Shown here: one piece after another, positions 45,430-53,952 of the stretch
Numbering within the stretch: the first letter of the stretch is position 1
Layout of the letters: the number at the start of each line of letters is the position of its first letter
Origin: a virus
Lineage: Duplodnaviria; Heunggongvirae; Uroviricota; Caudoviricetes
Strand: one strand, 5' to 3'
DNA length: 64,000 nt
IMG/VR virus record: IMGVR_UViG_3300047444_000299
Location: 1-64,000 of that record
Position numbers and translations under genes: made by a program
Notes under the pieces: model-generated
Told to the model about the DNA's origin: nothing
Databases searched by the model: none
The model's input: only the letters and a program-made list of their open reading frames with translations

Positions 45430-45656
45430 TGTTGCATGACCTTGACGAAATCGAGAGGCTTTATCCGGTATTACCCAAATGCCCATTCTGTCAAGGATAT
45501 TCATCCCCAAATAGCCATATGGGTAAATGCTGGGTAGGATGTGATGTCTGCGGAGCAAGAGGCCCGAAGTTTGTCATGGAATTTAATGATACAAAACCAG
45601 CCTATGTCCGAGCGATCATGGCATGGGCATCCAGAAATGGGAATATTGTTTTATGA
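45429..45656 (+). CDS. Lar-family restriction alleviation protein-like (paralog)
   Basis: LPKCPFCQG...KCWVGCDVCGARGP...AIMAWASRNG. Confidence 0.55.
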   Translation: MLHDLDEIERLYPVLPKCPFCQGYSSPNSHMGKCWVGCDVCGARGPKFVMEFNDTKPAYVRAIMAWASRNGNIVL

Positions 45657-45814
45657 TCAAAATCGAAGACTGGATTCTAGAAGACATCCGAAGACTCCGT
45701 AAAATCCCCCAGCCATCCAGAAGCTCCGACGAGCATCAATACTTAAAGCTGTTGATGGAATACAACAATAAGGTTGAAGAATTCAATATCAGGCTTCGGC
45801 GGTTGAAGAAATGA
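45653..45814 (+). CDS. hypothetical small protein
   Basis: 53 aa. Confidence 0.3.
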   Translation: MIKIEDWILEDIRRLRKIPQPSRSSDEHQYLKLLMEYNNKVEEFNIRLRRLKK

Positions 45815-46374
45815 AGAAAGTGGCTGGTATCGGTATATACGAAAAGGGTAAGTACCCTGCATCAATTACATTGAATGGTGAAACCACCCAAACCAAGGCG
45901 TATAAGGATTGGGTCAATCTATGTAGTTTCTGTGGGTCTGAATCCTACCTGACCCAGAGTCCGTCGTATGTCGGTAAAATCCTTGACCAGCAATGGATCA
46001 AATTCCAAGACTTCGCGGAATGGCATTCAGAGAATCATAGGGAAGGGTGGGTATTATCCACCAGTTGTTCCAATTTGATTGGCCCTGATACCAGCTTTTT
46101 TGTCCCTAGGGAAGTGATGCAATTCATCAATCCCCGAAAGAAACCTATGGTCGTGACCAAAACCCATGTCAAGTTGTCCATGACCCTACAAGGGGTTGAA
46201 TGTACATTCGGGAAATATCGAAACATCCCGGACGCCATGATGGTCTATAGCGGACTGTTTCTGGTAGAGATTACCAGATTGATTAAAGAATATGCCCTAT
46301 CTGAATGGTTGGGCGGCAAGTTGAAAACATTAGCAAACACCACACCGAATATCCGGTATGCGAAAAATATCTAA
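45811..46374 (+). CDS. homing-endonuclease-like protein (paralog of 11933..12550 core, without AP2)
   Basis: GIYEKGKY...YKDW...SYVG...FQDFAEW...IGPDTSFFVPREV shared with the rnlA-pseT intergenic gene. Confidence 0.45.
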   Translation: MKKVAGIGIYEKGKYPASITLNGETTQTKAYKDWVNLCSFCGSESYLTQSPSYVGKILDQQWIKFQDFAEWHSENHREGWVLSTSCSNLIGPDTSFFVPREVMQFINPRKKPMVVTKTHVKLSMTLQGVECTFGKYRNIPDAMMVYSGLFLVEITRLIKEYALSEWLGGKLKTLANTTPNIRYAKNI

Positions 46375-46388
46375 AGAGAATTGAAAGA

Positions 46389-46865
46389 ATGAACAAAAAG
46401 AACATCGCTGTCGCCCTTTGCTTCGAAAACATCAGTACCTTGATGAACGGCCAATTTGAATCAATGGAAGAAGTATTGAAGGATGTCAAGGACGCTATTG
46501 CTGGTTTGGATGAACCCGCCAATGGTGATTTAGGCGAGCTGACATTGGTGATGATTTCCGCCCAAGATGATGAAACCCAAGATACCATCGATGAAGCCAA
46601 TCTACTGGGGCAAATCCTTGAGCATTGGTTCGGCCCATCCTTGGCTAAACTCGCCATGTCCGGTAATGTCGAAGTTGGTATGACGGTGTATCTGTATAAT
46701 CCGGGTCAGGCTGGAATCGTCGGACGGGTGATTGACTTTGATACCGAAACCTGTGACGAACCTTATATTGGGGTTGAATGGTTGAATGAAGACGGGGATG
46801 TTATCGCTGGTAGTGCTGGTGGCCCGGAAATGTTTACATCGGTATTTGATTACCCTATGCTGTAA
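46389..46865 (+). CDS. hypothetical acidic protein
   Basis: 158 aa. Confidence 0.45.
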   Translation: MNKKNIAVALCFENISTLMNGQFESMEEVLKDVKDAIAGLDEPANGDLGELTLVMISAQDDETQDTIDEANLLGQILEHWFGPSLAKLAMSGNVEVGMTVYLYNPGQAGIVGRVIDFDTETCDEPYIGVEWLNEDGDVIAGSAGGPEMFTSVFDYPML

Positions 46866-46907
46866 AAATGTAAAAGATGTAGGGGAAAAGTTTTAGACCA
46901 GAATTTT

Positions 46908-46987
46908 TTGGTGGGAAATTTTTTTGGAATCGACATTGGGGAAACTTTTTGTCGATTTCTATATGGTGGGAAATTTTTTTGGAATCG
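46908..46987. repeat. 23-bp direct repeat GGTGGGAAATTTTTTTGGAATCG x2
   Basis: two identical copies about 55 bp apart in an ORF-free region. Confidence 0.7.
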
Positions 46988-47058
46988 GGTAGGGTGTCTA
47001 ATAACCTGCCCAAAACCACTAAACTGCCAAGGAATCCATAGGTATGGAACCTTAAATT

Positions 47059-47107
47059 CACCCCCTCCCCACCCCCGGCACCCCCACCACACCACTAGCC
47101 CCTCCCC
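47059..47107. repeat. C-tract cluster (CCCCCTCCCCACCCCCGGCACCCCCACCACACCACTAGCCCCTCCCC); G4-prone on complement
   Basis: six or more C-runs of 4-5 within 49 nt. Confidence 0.7.
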
Positions 47108-47384
47108 ATTCGGAATAGAACTAGTATCCACCACTCACTAGTCTACCATATCAATTCCCAATAGTTCAACCCTATTCTACTACCATTCATCCGTTCCCGA
47201 ATCGATACACAATAGACTCCATTCCTTTGCATCAATTCCTAACCCATTGCATCAAACTCCCTAGTAGTCTGTAAGCCTCTGTAGTCGCGTATAACCCGTG
47301 ATAGAATCAAATCCACCTAATGCCCTAGGCTATACCATATCGAGTCCTATAGATCATTGTAGTTCGATTGAATCATATTAGAAT

Positions 47385-47472
47385 TGATTGCATCAAATGC
47401 TTGACACACTCACTGTATGGTATAGAATGAGCATACACCAACCGAAACCCTGAACCATATAGGAGTTACACA
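47385..47472 (+). promoter_or_regulatory. promoter TTGACA-N16-TAGAAT + conserved leader (CACCAACCGAAAC..AGGAG)
   Basis: near-consensus hexamers, leader shared with downstream cassettes. Confidence 0.6.
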
Positions 47473-47778
47473 ATGTCTAAACGTACTGAATTCGAACTAC
47501 TCGAAGCGCATCTAACCCTACAACTGAAAAAGCATGTCGAAGCCAAGACTACCGGGAAACCATCAAAGAAAGGTTCTAAGGTAGCTCGGGACTTTATCCA
47601 AGTGTCTATGTTGTGTGGTAAGTGGTCATTAGATGGGATGCATTACATTCCGCTTGTGGTTGATGTTGAGGCGATTGATAACGCTATAGCCGAAATGGAA
47701 GCAAAGAAAGCTGCTAGGGCATTGGGTTATCAGGACCGAGATATCAAGGTCGAAGGGTTTGTAAAGGTTAGTAAGTAA
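47473..47778 (+). CDS. Lys-rich small basic protein (possible DNA/RNA-binding)
   Basis: 101 aa, strong promoter + SD. Confidence 0.5.
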   Translation: MSKRTEFELLEAHLTLQLKKHVEAKTTGKPSKKGSKVARDFIQVSMLCGKWSLDGMHYIPLVVDVEAIDNAIAEMEAKKAARALGYQDRDIKVEGFVKVSK

Positions 47779-47793
47779 CCTAAACCATTGATA

Positions 47794-47818
47794 AGCCTCG
47801 GGAAACCGGGGCTTTTTG
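47794..47818 (+). terminator. rho-independent terminator (family A)
   Basis: AGCCTCGGGAAACCGGGGCT + TTTTT. Confidence 0.8.
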
Positions 47819-47869
47819 TTATGTGATCCAATCCCTATAATAGAATCAAAAATAATTTGTTTTGGGGGG

Positions 47870-47897
47870 TTGACACCATAAAAACCCATGCCATACT
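47870..47897 (+). promoter_or_regulatory. sigma70-like promoter TTGACA-N16-CATACT
   Basis: lies about 130 nt upstream of ATG 48031. Confidence 0.45.
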
Positions 47898-48030
47898 GAC
47901 ATCACGCAAAAGGAATACAGATTTTAAAGATTTAAGGAACTTGTTAGCAGATGCACGCACTAAACGACTCAATTGCCTAGGTTCGCATTATCAACCGACC
48001 AAACCAATTTGATGTTTAGGAGATTCAAAA

Positions 48031-48507
48031 ATGCGCCAAGTATCTAAAGCTGCTCAGGAACAAACTGTTACCACAAACGTTCTGGAAACCGCTACTACCG
48101 CGTTGTCACTCGCGGAGGATGCATTGATCAAGGCTAAAGAAGCTTTGGCCGCTGCTGGGGGTTCCAAGGGCTCTAAAGGTGGTTCCAAGGGTAAGGCTGT
48201 GACCATTCAACCCCAAACCCCTGTAAACGGTTCTGATGCGTCCAAGGGATCGGCTGGACGTAACCCAAGCCCGGAACAACTCGAAATTCGATCTGCGATT
48301 ATCGAGGCTTTGCAGTCCGGGGAAATCCGATTCTTTACCATTGCCGAAGTTACCGACGCAATGAAAGCCGATAGAATCCAAACCCGAAACGCGGTTAACT
48401 ATCTGGAAGCCCAAGGGGTAGTAACCCGATACGGTGAAAAACTCCCAGAAGGTCGCGGCCAGCGGGAACTGATCTACAAGGCCGGGACCATTCCACCGGT
48501 TGCCTAA
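48031..48507 (+). CDS. putative winged-helix DNA-binding protein with Gly/Ser/Lys-rich linker
   Basis: disordered GGSKGSKGGSKGK segment; C-terminal wHTH-like region. Confidence 0.45.
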   Translation: MRQVSKAAQEQTVTTNVLETATTALSLAEDALIKAKEALAAAGGSKGSKGGSKGKAVTIQPQTPVNGSDASKGSAGRNPSPEQLEIRSAIIEALQSGEIRFFTIAEVTDAMKADRIQTRNAVNYLEAQGVVTRYGEKLPEGRGQRELIYKAGTIPPVA

Positions 48508-48527
48508 AAGATCCTGATAAGCTCTAA

Positions 48528-48551
48528 AGCCCCTTAACCGGGGCTTTTTTG
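48528..48551 (+). terminator. rho-independent terminator
   Basis: AGCCCC-TTAACC-GGGGCT + TTTTTT. Confidence 0.75.
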
Positions 48552-48562
48552 TTTTCAATAGC

Positions 48563-48590
48563 TTGACAATCTGTTTCAATGGGTTACATT
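48563..48590 (+). promoter_or_regulatory. sigma70-like promoter TTGACA-N16-TACATT
   Basis: upstream of the 48640 ORF. Confidence 0.45.
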
Positions 48591-48639
48591 ACCATATAGG
48601 AACATTCTTACATTCTCATACCTTAATCAATGGTGACTT

Positions 48640-48870
48640 ATGAAACTGTTTTATGTAGCAATCTATATGGTTGTGTGTAGTCTCCCTGTAGCGTTCCTGT
48701 CAATCTATATGGCATGGGATAGGACTCCCCCAAACCTGCGCCTAGTACAGTTGGATCAAATCCTTAGAACCGGTTCCCTGACCTATATCGGGTTGATTGT
48801 CGGTAGTCTGTTGGTGTTTCTGGTTTGGCTGATGCTTCCGGGTGACCGGGTTCGCAATGTGTATCAGTGA
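48640..48870 (+). CDS. small membrane protein (2 TM)
   Basis: 76 aa. Confidence 0.45.
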   Translation: MKLFYVAIYMVVCSLPVAFLSIYMAWDRTPPNLRLVQLDQILRTGSLTYIGLIVGSLLVFLVWLMLPGDRVRNVYQ

Positions 48871-49439
48871 ATAATTGCTGAATTTGATGGAATTCTAGTG
48901 AATTATTCTGAATGGTTCCGGGGCTGATTAGTGAATTCTGCTGTAATTTGATGCTATTGCGGGATTTGATGCATTTATTATTGCATCAAAATATTGAACA
49001 CTCACTAGGCAGCCCGAACGAATTCCCCATTTTTCTGTAACGTTTTCGATACACCGTAACGTTTTCAATACACCACATAAATTTTCGATCAATTCAATTC
49101 CCCAACCATTTCCGAACCATTCCTAAGCTGATTCTATTACCTTCCAACCATTCCAAATCTATATCTATTTTCCTGATATTCTCCCCTAAAAATATGCATA
49201 ATACCAATATACATTATGGATTTAATCAATCCCAATATATGGGATGATTTTGATTGATTTAGGCTTGCATTCTGTTCTGAATCTGCTAGGCTATTGTCTA
49301 TTCACTAATGCTTTTCTAACCTTCTAATGGTTATATGACTACTCACTTGATGGCTGGATTGATTGTTATCGGGTTGTTGCTATCCCTAACCGGATCAATG
49401 GTTTGTGGTTATGGTGATATGCCTAGGCATTCCCTTTGC

Positions 49440-50030
49440 TGGATTATTTGGTTTGATATCTCTATAGGTATGTTGGGGGTATCCCTGCTATTGCTTATTG
49501 GTTTGATGATGTTCTAGGGGTTTGATGATGTTCTATATGGTTTGGATGATATCATTGGTTTGTGATGGTTTGATGATCTATGCGGTTCAATGCATGGTTA
49601 AACATTCGTTTTGGCAGGTGGTGGTTTTTGATTCATCCTTATTGATTAGTGGTATTGCAATGTTTGTGGTATTGTGCTATGGGTTTAAATCTCTGCGGCT
49701 TGTTCGGTTGAATAGGGGTTGATATTATGTTTCGGTTGATTAATGCTTTAGAGGTTTGCGGCTGGTTTGGATTGATTTGTGTTTCTGGTTTGATTTTGGA
49801 ATCATTCCGGGTTATCATTTGATTCTACTGATTGAGGGGATTTGATCATGGTTACTATGATTCTAGGCTTCGCGGTATTGCTGGGGTTTTTGTTTCACTA
49901 TTGCCCGGTTGATACTGCTAAGGGTTGATATTCTGCTAGGTTTGGGGCGATTCTGGTGGAATATTAGCATTTAGGGTTTGCATTTAATTTTGAATTGGTT
50001 TATTGTTTGATTTTGATTTAATCACTTGAC
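49440..50030. repeat. iteron-like degenerate GGTTTGAT / GGTTGAT repeat array
   Basis: more than 20 occurrences of GGTTTGAT-like words, including tandem GGTTTGATGATGTTCTA x2. Confidence 0.6.
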
Positions 50031-50042
50031 TTGGCGAATTAC

Positions 50043-50396
50043 ATGACTCTGTATAACTCTATCAAATTGTTGGAAGCGTTCCGGGACTTTTGTTTGTCTA
50101 AGGGCAAATCGGTTATTGTTCACATTGAACCGGGTAAGGGTGCAAACTGGAATGTTTGCGCGGTTGGTCAATTCGGGGAATTCAAAAAGGTAAAGGTCGG
50201 GAATTGGGGCCGGGGCCATACAATGGCCGAAAAGCTGTCTGATGCGTTTGATTGTTTCAATAACCGTCAAACCTATCAGGATTTGTGTAAAGCTGATCGA
50301 GCCGAGGAATTGTTCCCGACATTCGATAAGCTGGCGGTTCGATTGACTGCTGATATCGAAGCATTCCAAGCCCAATGGATGAAAGCTAAAAAGTAA
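50043..50396 (+). CDS. hypothetical protein
   Basis: 117 aa. Confidence 0.45.
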   Translation: MTLYNSIKLLEAFRDFCLSKGKSVIVHIEPGKGANWNVCAVGQFGEFKKVKVGNWGRGHTMAEKLSDAFDCFNNRQTYQDLCKADRAEELFPTFDKLAVRLTADIEAFQAQWMKAKK

Positions 50397-50399
50397 TTT

Positions 50400-50457
50400 G
50401 CATTTGATGCAATCCCCTGTATACTGCTGATACCAACCAAATACAGGGGATTTGAAA
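50400..50457 (+). promoter_or_regulatory. PeSL-like cassette (stem-loop + TTGCAT-N16-TATACT + conserved leader)
   Basis: TTGCATTTGATGCAA palindrome, TATACT, CCAACCAAATACAGGGGA leader. Confidence 0.55.
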
Positions 50458-50841
50458 ATGGCTTTAGAAATATCGGCGGTATCTGATCTGTTTAACTACG
50501 GTATGACTGAAGACGGAACCCCTTTTATAGCTGAACGTTATTTCATAGAAGCCGAAGCGACTAACGGCCAGCGTTGGATTCATACCGCACGGTTTGATTC
50601 TGTTGTCAAGGTTGACGGCGGCGAAGAATGCGACGGAATGGTATTTTTTGAAGACCATCGCCAAGAAGCAAGCGATAAATGCGAAGCATTGGCCGAACGT
50701 ATCCGGTTATTCATGAATGCCGGTGGTAAGCTTGATCCTGTACACTGGATTGAATCTGATCCTAGATATGGTTCGAATGCCTATCAAACCCTAGATTCAC
50801 AAGGATATTTCCGGGATCTGGAAAGAAAAGAAGAATATTAA
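50458..50841 (+). CDS. hypothetical protein
   Basis: 128 aa after cassette. Confidence 0.5.
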   Translation: MALEISAVSDLFNYGMTEDGTPFIAERYFIEAEATNGQRWIHTARFDSVVKVDGGEECDGMVFFEDHRQEASDKCEALAERIRLFMNAGGKLDPVHWIESDPRYGSNAYQTLDSQGYFRDLERKEEY

Positions 50842-50845
50842 GCAT

Positions 50846-50870
50846 AAGCCCCTGATTCTAGGGGCTTTTT
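50846..50870 (+). terminator. rho-independent terminator (family C: AGCCCCTGATTCTAGGGGCTTTTT)
   Basis: identical at 58604, 60314 (1 mismatch) and 61886. Confidence 0.8.
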
Positions 50871-50880
50871 ATTTCTTCAA

Positions 50881-50955
50881 AATAATTGCATCAAATTGCT
50901 TGCATTGGTCTGGGGTTGGGTTATACTGACCATACACCAACCGGAGACATCAACC
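50881..50955 (+). promoter_or_regulatory. PeSL-like cassette (type a: TTGCATCAAATTGCTTGCATT-N15-TATACT + leader)
   Basis: conserved with about 30 other copies. Confidence 0.55.
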
Positions 50956-51189
50956 ATGAAATCCAAAATCAAAGTTACCGTACAAGTTGAAGACTACAAA
51001 GGCAATATGGTTGATGTTGTTGGATGCAAAAGCCTGAAACAAAATATCCACGGTAACTGGGTTGGTTATGTTGGCCGGGAACGTATCGAAAACTTTAGCT
51101 GCGCATTTGATGCCGCCCAATGGTTCCTAGGCGCTGATATGGCTGGCGACGAAATCACCGCTTTCATGACCAAACATATCATGCATTAA
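50956..51189 (+). CDS. hypothetical protein
   Basis: 77 aa. Confidence 0.5.
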   Translation: MKSKIKVTVQVEDYKGNMVDVVGCKSLKQNIHGNWVGYVGRERIENFSCAFDAAQWFLGADMAGDEITAFMTKHIMH

Positions 51190-51267
51190 TTGATGCAAAG
51201 GGGCTTGCATTTGATGTAAACCCCTGCTAGAATGATCTTACACCAACCAAATACAGGATTCGCCAAC
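51190..51267 (+). promoter_or_regulatory. PeSL-like cassette
   Basis: GGGGCTTGCATTTGATGTAAACCCC hairpin, TAGAAT, leader. Confidence 0.55.
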
Positions 51268-51579
51268 ATGAAATTTTACAGCCTCCCAGTGAACGTACAA
51301 GCTCAAGTCAAAGCCGAATGGATGGCAGGTAAGATCATGTCGGCTAATGATCGTATGCGGTACTTTGCCCAAAATGGCTACAAAACAGCGGCGGAATATC
51401 ATCAAGCTGTACTAGCCGAAGCCCCAACCGTTGAAGAACTGAAAATAATCATTATCGAATTGATGAAATCCCGGTTTATCCAACATGGTTTTGAGGACTG
51501 GATGAATCAAATCCCTAACGCGGCCATGATCTGCCGTAACTATAACGAACTGGTCATGATGACTAAGGCCGGGAAATAA
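51268..51579 (+). CDS. hypothetical protein
   Basis: 103 aa. Confidence 0.5.
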   Translation: MKFYSLPVNVQAQVKAEWMAGKIMSANDRMRYFAQNGYKTAAEYHQAVLAEAPTVEELKIIIIELMKSRFIQHGFEDWMNQIPNAAMICRNYNELVMMTKAGK

Positions 51580-51648
51580 TTTCATCAAAGGGGTTGCATC
51601 AAATGCAGCCCCTGCTATACTGATGACACACAAACAGGAGTTACCAAC
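51580..51648 (+). promoter_or_regulatory. PeSL-like cassette
   Basis: hairpin + TATACT + leader with AGGAG. Confidence 0.55.
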
Positions 51649-51861
51649 ATGCAATTGATCAAAGCGGTTGACGCGAAGCTGGGCAACATTATAGCCATGC
51701 CGGTGACTGTCCATACTGGGGTTGTCCAAATGGTTATGGGCAAACTGGTATCCCGGACGTTTGAAGACGTTGACGGCTGGATTACCTTGACCATTGAAAC
51801 CAAGGCCGGTAAGGTCGCGCATGATTATCCCTTTGATGATTTGATTGTAAAGGAGGTTTGA
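51649..51861 (+). CDS. hypothetical protein
   Basis: 70 aa. Confidence 0.5.
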   Translation: MQLIKAVDAKLGNIIAMPVTVHTGVVQMVMGKLVSRTFEDVDGWITLTIETKAGKVAHDYPFDDLIVKEV

Positions 51862-51863
51862 AC

Positions 51864-51980
51864 ATGATCGGCCAAACCCGGATAACAAAGAAAGAGTTTT
51901 ATAAACTCGGTGGTTTGTCAAATCCTAAGTTGTTTCGCAAATCCGCTAATGGTGTTTGGTCCTATTGGAAAGGGGAATAA
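51864..51980 (+). CDS. mini-protein (38 aa)
   Basis: AAGGAGG SD 7 nt upstream. Confidence 0.4.
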   Translation: MIGQTRITKKEFYKLGGLSNPKLFRKSANGVWSYWKGE

Positions 51981-51983
51981 ACC

Positions 51984-52187
51984 ATGTATAACCATAAGGC
52001 TTTGATGGGGTTGGAAGCGCGTATAAACGATGATCTAGAGGTCATTGGGATTATCACCGATTCCTATCATGAGGGGCAAACCCACTGGCTGCAAATCGAT
52101 GGCAGCTATGAACTCGCTGTGCAAGCGGTGGCGGTTGTTCTGGATCTGGGCAAGGGTACAAGCTTTGCACGTCCTAAAGCGTTCTAG
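51984..52187 (+). CDS. hypothetical protein
   Basis: 67 aa. Confidence 0.45.
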   Translation: MYNHKALMGLEARINDDLEVIGIITDSYHEGQTHWLQIDGSYELAVQAVAVVLDLGKGTSFARPKAF

Positions 52188-52199
52188 GGGCGGTTTAAA

Positions 52200-52320
52200 C
52201 GATATTCTAAACCCGGCATTGTCCGGGTTTTATTTTGTCTATTGGTATTGACAAGCTGTCGGAGAATATGAGAAAATGAATTGACGACCTATATTTGTGG
52301 TTGGCATGAAAATTTCCTCA
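52200..52320 (+). repeat. conserved intergenic element (TTGACA...AATATGAGARAATGAATTGACGACC...TTGGCAYGAAAATTTCC), copy 1
   Basis: three near-identical copies (52200, 53571, 53953). Confidence 0.6.
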
Positions 52321-52400
52321 ATTATTTGCATCAAATTGCTTGCATTCTGTTTTGATTCAATTATACTGACCACACACCAAACGAAATCGGGGGCTACAAC
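52321..52400 (+). promoter_or_regulatory. PeSL-like cassette (type a)
   Basis: as above. Confidence 0.55.
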
Positions 52401-52610
52401 ATGAACCGTAAAGAAGTTTTCCTAAAGATCAAAGCTGTCGCGGCGGTTGATGGTTTTACTAAACTTGACGTGCTGCCGATGTTCAAAGGCGTAGCACCCT
52501 CGGTTGTTGATTCGTACCTGAAAAAAGCGTATGAACTCGGGTTTATTACCCTGAATGCAGGCAACCCGCTTTGCATGTACCCGACTATCAATCTGATCAA
52601 TCTCAAATAA
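52401..52610 (+). CDS. hypothetical protein
   Basis: 69 aa. Confidence 0.5.
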   Translation: MNRKEVFLKIKAVAAVDGFTKLDVLPMFKGVAPSVVDSYLKKAYELGFITLNAGNPLCMYPTINLINLK

Positions 52611-52685
52611 TTTGATGGAAAGGGGTTGTATTTGATGCAACCCCTGTTATACTAACCACACCAAACGAAATCAGGAGTTACCAAA
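52611..52685 (+). promoter_or_regulatory. PeSL-like cassette
   Basis: GGGGTTGTATTTGATGCAACCCC + TATACT + leader. Confidence 0.55.
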
Positions 52686-53015
52686 ATGATCGTTGACCAA
52701 ACCCCAGTAATGAAAACAATCGAAATCAAGATCATAAACCAGTCCGGCGAAGTGGTGTATCATCAATCCGAAATAACTTTCGGCTTCCCGCCAGCCTTTG
52801 TCGGTGCTGTTATCGAAAAGGTTTGCGTCTGCGAATTAGACGATGATGATCATGGTGATTTGAACAACTTGCATGTAATGGGCAATATGTCAAGCCGTCG
52901 ATTCGGTAAGGATTGGGAATTTACAGTTTCGGCGGTTGTTGTTTACCCTAAATCGGTGGGGGTGGCTGATGGCGACATGCACGCCATGTCACTGGCCTAT
53001 AAAAACACCCTGTAA
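52686..53015 (+). CDS. hypothetical protein
   Basis: 109 aa. Confidence 0.5.
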   Translation: MIVDQTPVMKTIEIKIINQSGEVVYHQSEITFGFPPAFVGAVIEKVCVCELDDDDHGDLNNLHVMGNMSSRRFGKDWEFTVSAVVVYPKSVGVADGDMHAMSLAYKNTL

Positions 53016-53092
53016 TTAATTGATGTAAAGGGTTTGACATTTGATGCAAACCCTTTATACTGATCATACACCAACCGAAACAGGATTTGATC
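53016..53092 (+). promoter_or_regulatory. PeSL-like cassette
   Basis: as above. Confidence 0.55.
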
Positions 53093-53320
53093 ATGGCCGC
53101 CACTGAACTGCAAAAATGGCAAGCAATGCAAACTAAAGCACATGCCCAAGCAAATGCGGGGTTTGCATTGTCGGTTAATGTTGAAATGTTGTTGAACCAC
53201 GAACTGCCAGCCGAAAAGATGCGCGAAGAATTGGCAAAGTTTTTGGAAGACTGGAAACAGGGTTGGGATAAAGCAATTGACGATTATGTTCAAACCGGTA
53301 TTAAATTAGGGGAAATTTAA
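53093..53320 (+). CDS. hypothetical protein
   Basis: 75 aa. Confidence 0.5.
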   Translation: MAATELQKWQAMQTKAHAQANAGFALSVNVEMLLNHELPAEKMREELAKFLEDWKQGWDKAIDDYVQTGIKLGEI

Positions 53321-53321
53321 A

Positions 53322-53525
53322 ATGAAAGCAGTTTCATTCTTTACTGATGACATCAAGATCATAGCCCACACCGCAACCCATGCCGATGATATTGGCAAAC
53401 CGATATCAGTCCGGGAGTTTGCGCAAGGCCAGCCGGTAAGCCTGTACACCATGCACAATGGTGACCTGATGCTGATTCGCAATGATGCACACCGGACGTT
53501 TATCGAAGGCCCGGAAATGGTTTAA
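53322..53525 (+). CDS. hypothetical protein
   Basis: GGGGAA SD; 67 aa. Confidence 0.45.
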   Translation: MKAVSFFTDDIKIIAHTATHADDIGKPISVREFAQGQPVSLYTMHNGDLMLIRNDAHRTFIEGPEMV

Positions 53526-53549
53526 ATCAAATCCTAATGAACCCGGCGA

Positions 53550-53577
53550 AAGTCGGGTTTATTTTTGTCTGTACTAG
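53550..53577 (+). terminator. rho-independent terminator (family B)
   Basis: ACCCGGCGAAAGTCGGGT + T-tract. Confidence 0.75.
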
Positions 53578-53640
53578 TTGACACACCCCAGAAAAATATG
53601 AGAGAATGAATTGACGACCCTAAAAACATATTGGCACGAA
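53571..53640 (+). repeat. conserved intergenic element, copy 2
   Basis: as 52200. Confidence 0.6.
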
Positions 53641-53728
53641 AATTTCCCGAATTATTTGCATCAAATTGGTTGTATTGCATCAAATACCCTGTATACTGAC
53701 CATACACCAACCGAAAGAGGCTGCAAAA
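53641..53728 (+). promoter_or_regulatory. PeSL-like cassette (type a)
   Basis: as above. Confidence 0.55.
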
Positions 53729-53920
53729 ATGAAACAGCAAATCATAAAATCCGCTGATGAATCGAAAATCGCTAAAATCAAGTTTGATTCTGAATATCAA
53801 GAATGGCAAGTCCGGTTGTATCATGTTGTAGGCGGTAAAGAAGTGTTTCAAAAGGATGCAACCTATTTCACCACTGATAAAGAAGACGCAACCGGCACCG
53901 CCCAAGCAATGATCAAGTAA
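53729..53920 (+). CDS. hypothetical protein
   Basis: 63 aa. Confidence 0.5.
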   Translation: MKQQIIKSADESKIAKIKFDSEYQEWQVRLYHVVGGKEVFQKDATYFTTDKEDATGTAQAMIK

Positions 53921-53926
53921 GAAAAG

Positions 53927-53951
53927 AGCCTCGGGAAACCGGGGCTTTTTA
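53927..53951 (+). terminator. rho-independent terminator (family A)
   Basis: AGCCTCGGGAAACCGGGGCT + TTTTT. Confidence 0.8.
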
Positions 53952-53952
53952 T

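Noticed and set aside
49335-49722. Two small TM-like + strand ORFs (60 and 66 aa)
   Set aside because: Their G/L/M/V/F-rich sequences are direct translations of the GGTTTGATGATG-type repeat array. They lack an SD or promoter cassette and are probably not genes.
50881-50931. T4 MotA-box (TGCTT) middle-promoter reading of TTGCTTGCA
   Set aside because: Spacing from the box to the -10 is about 17 nt instead of 11-13, and most cassette copies lack TGCTT. A sigma70-like -35 TTGCAT fits all copies better.
52230-53660. Sigma54 (-24/-12) promoter reading of TTGGCACGAAAATTTCC
   Set aside because: The GG is present, but the nearly invariant GC at -12 is replaced by TC in all copies. T4-like phages are not known to use sigma54. 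Kept only as a conserved element of unknown function.
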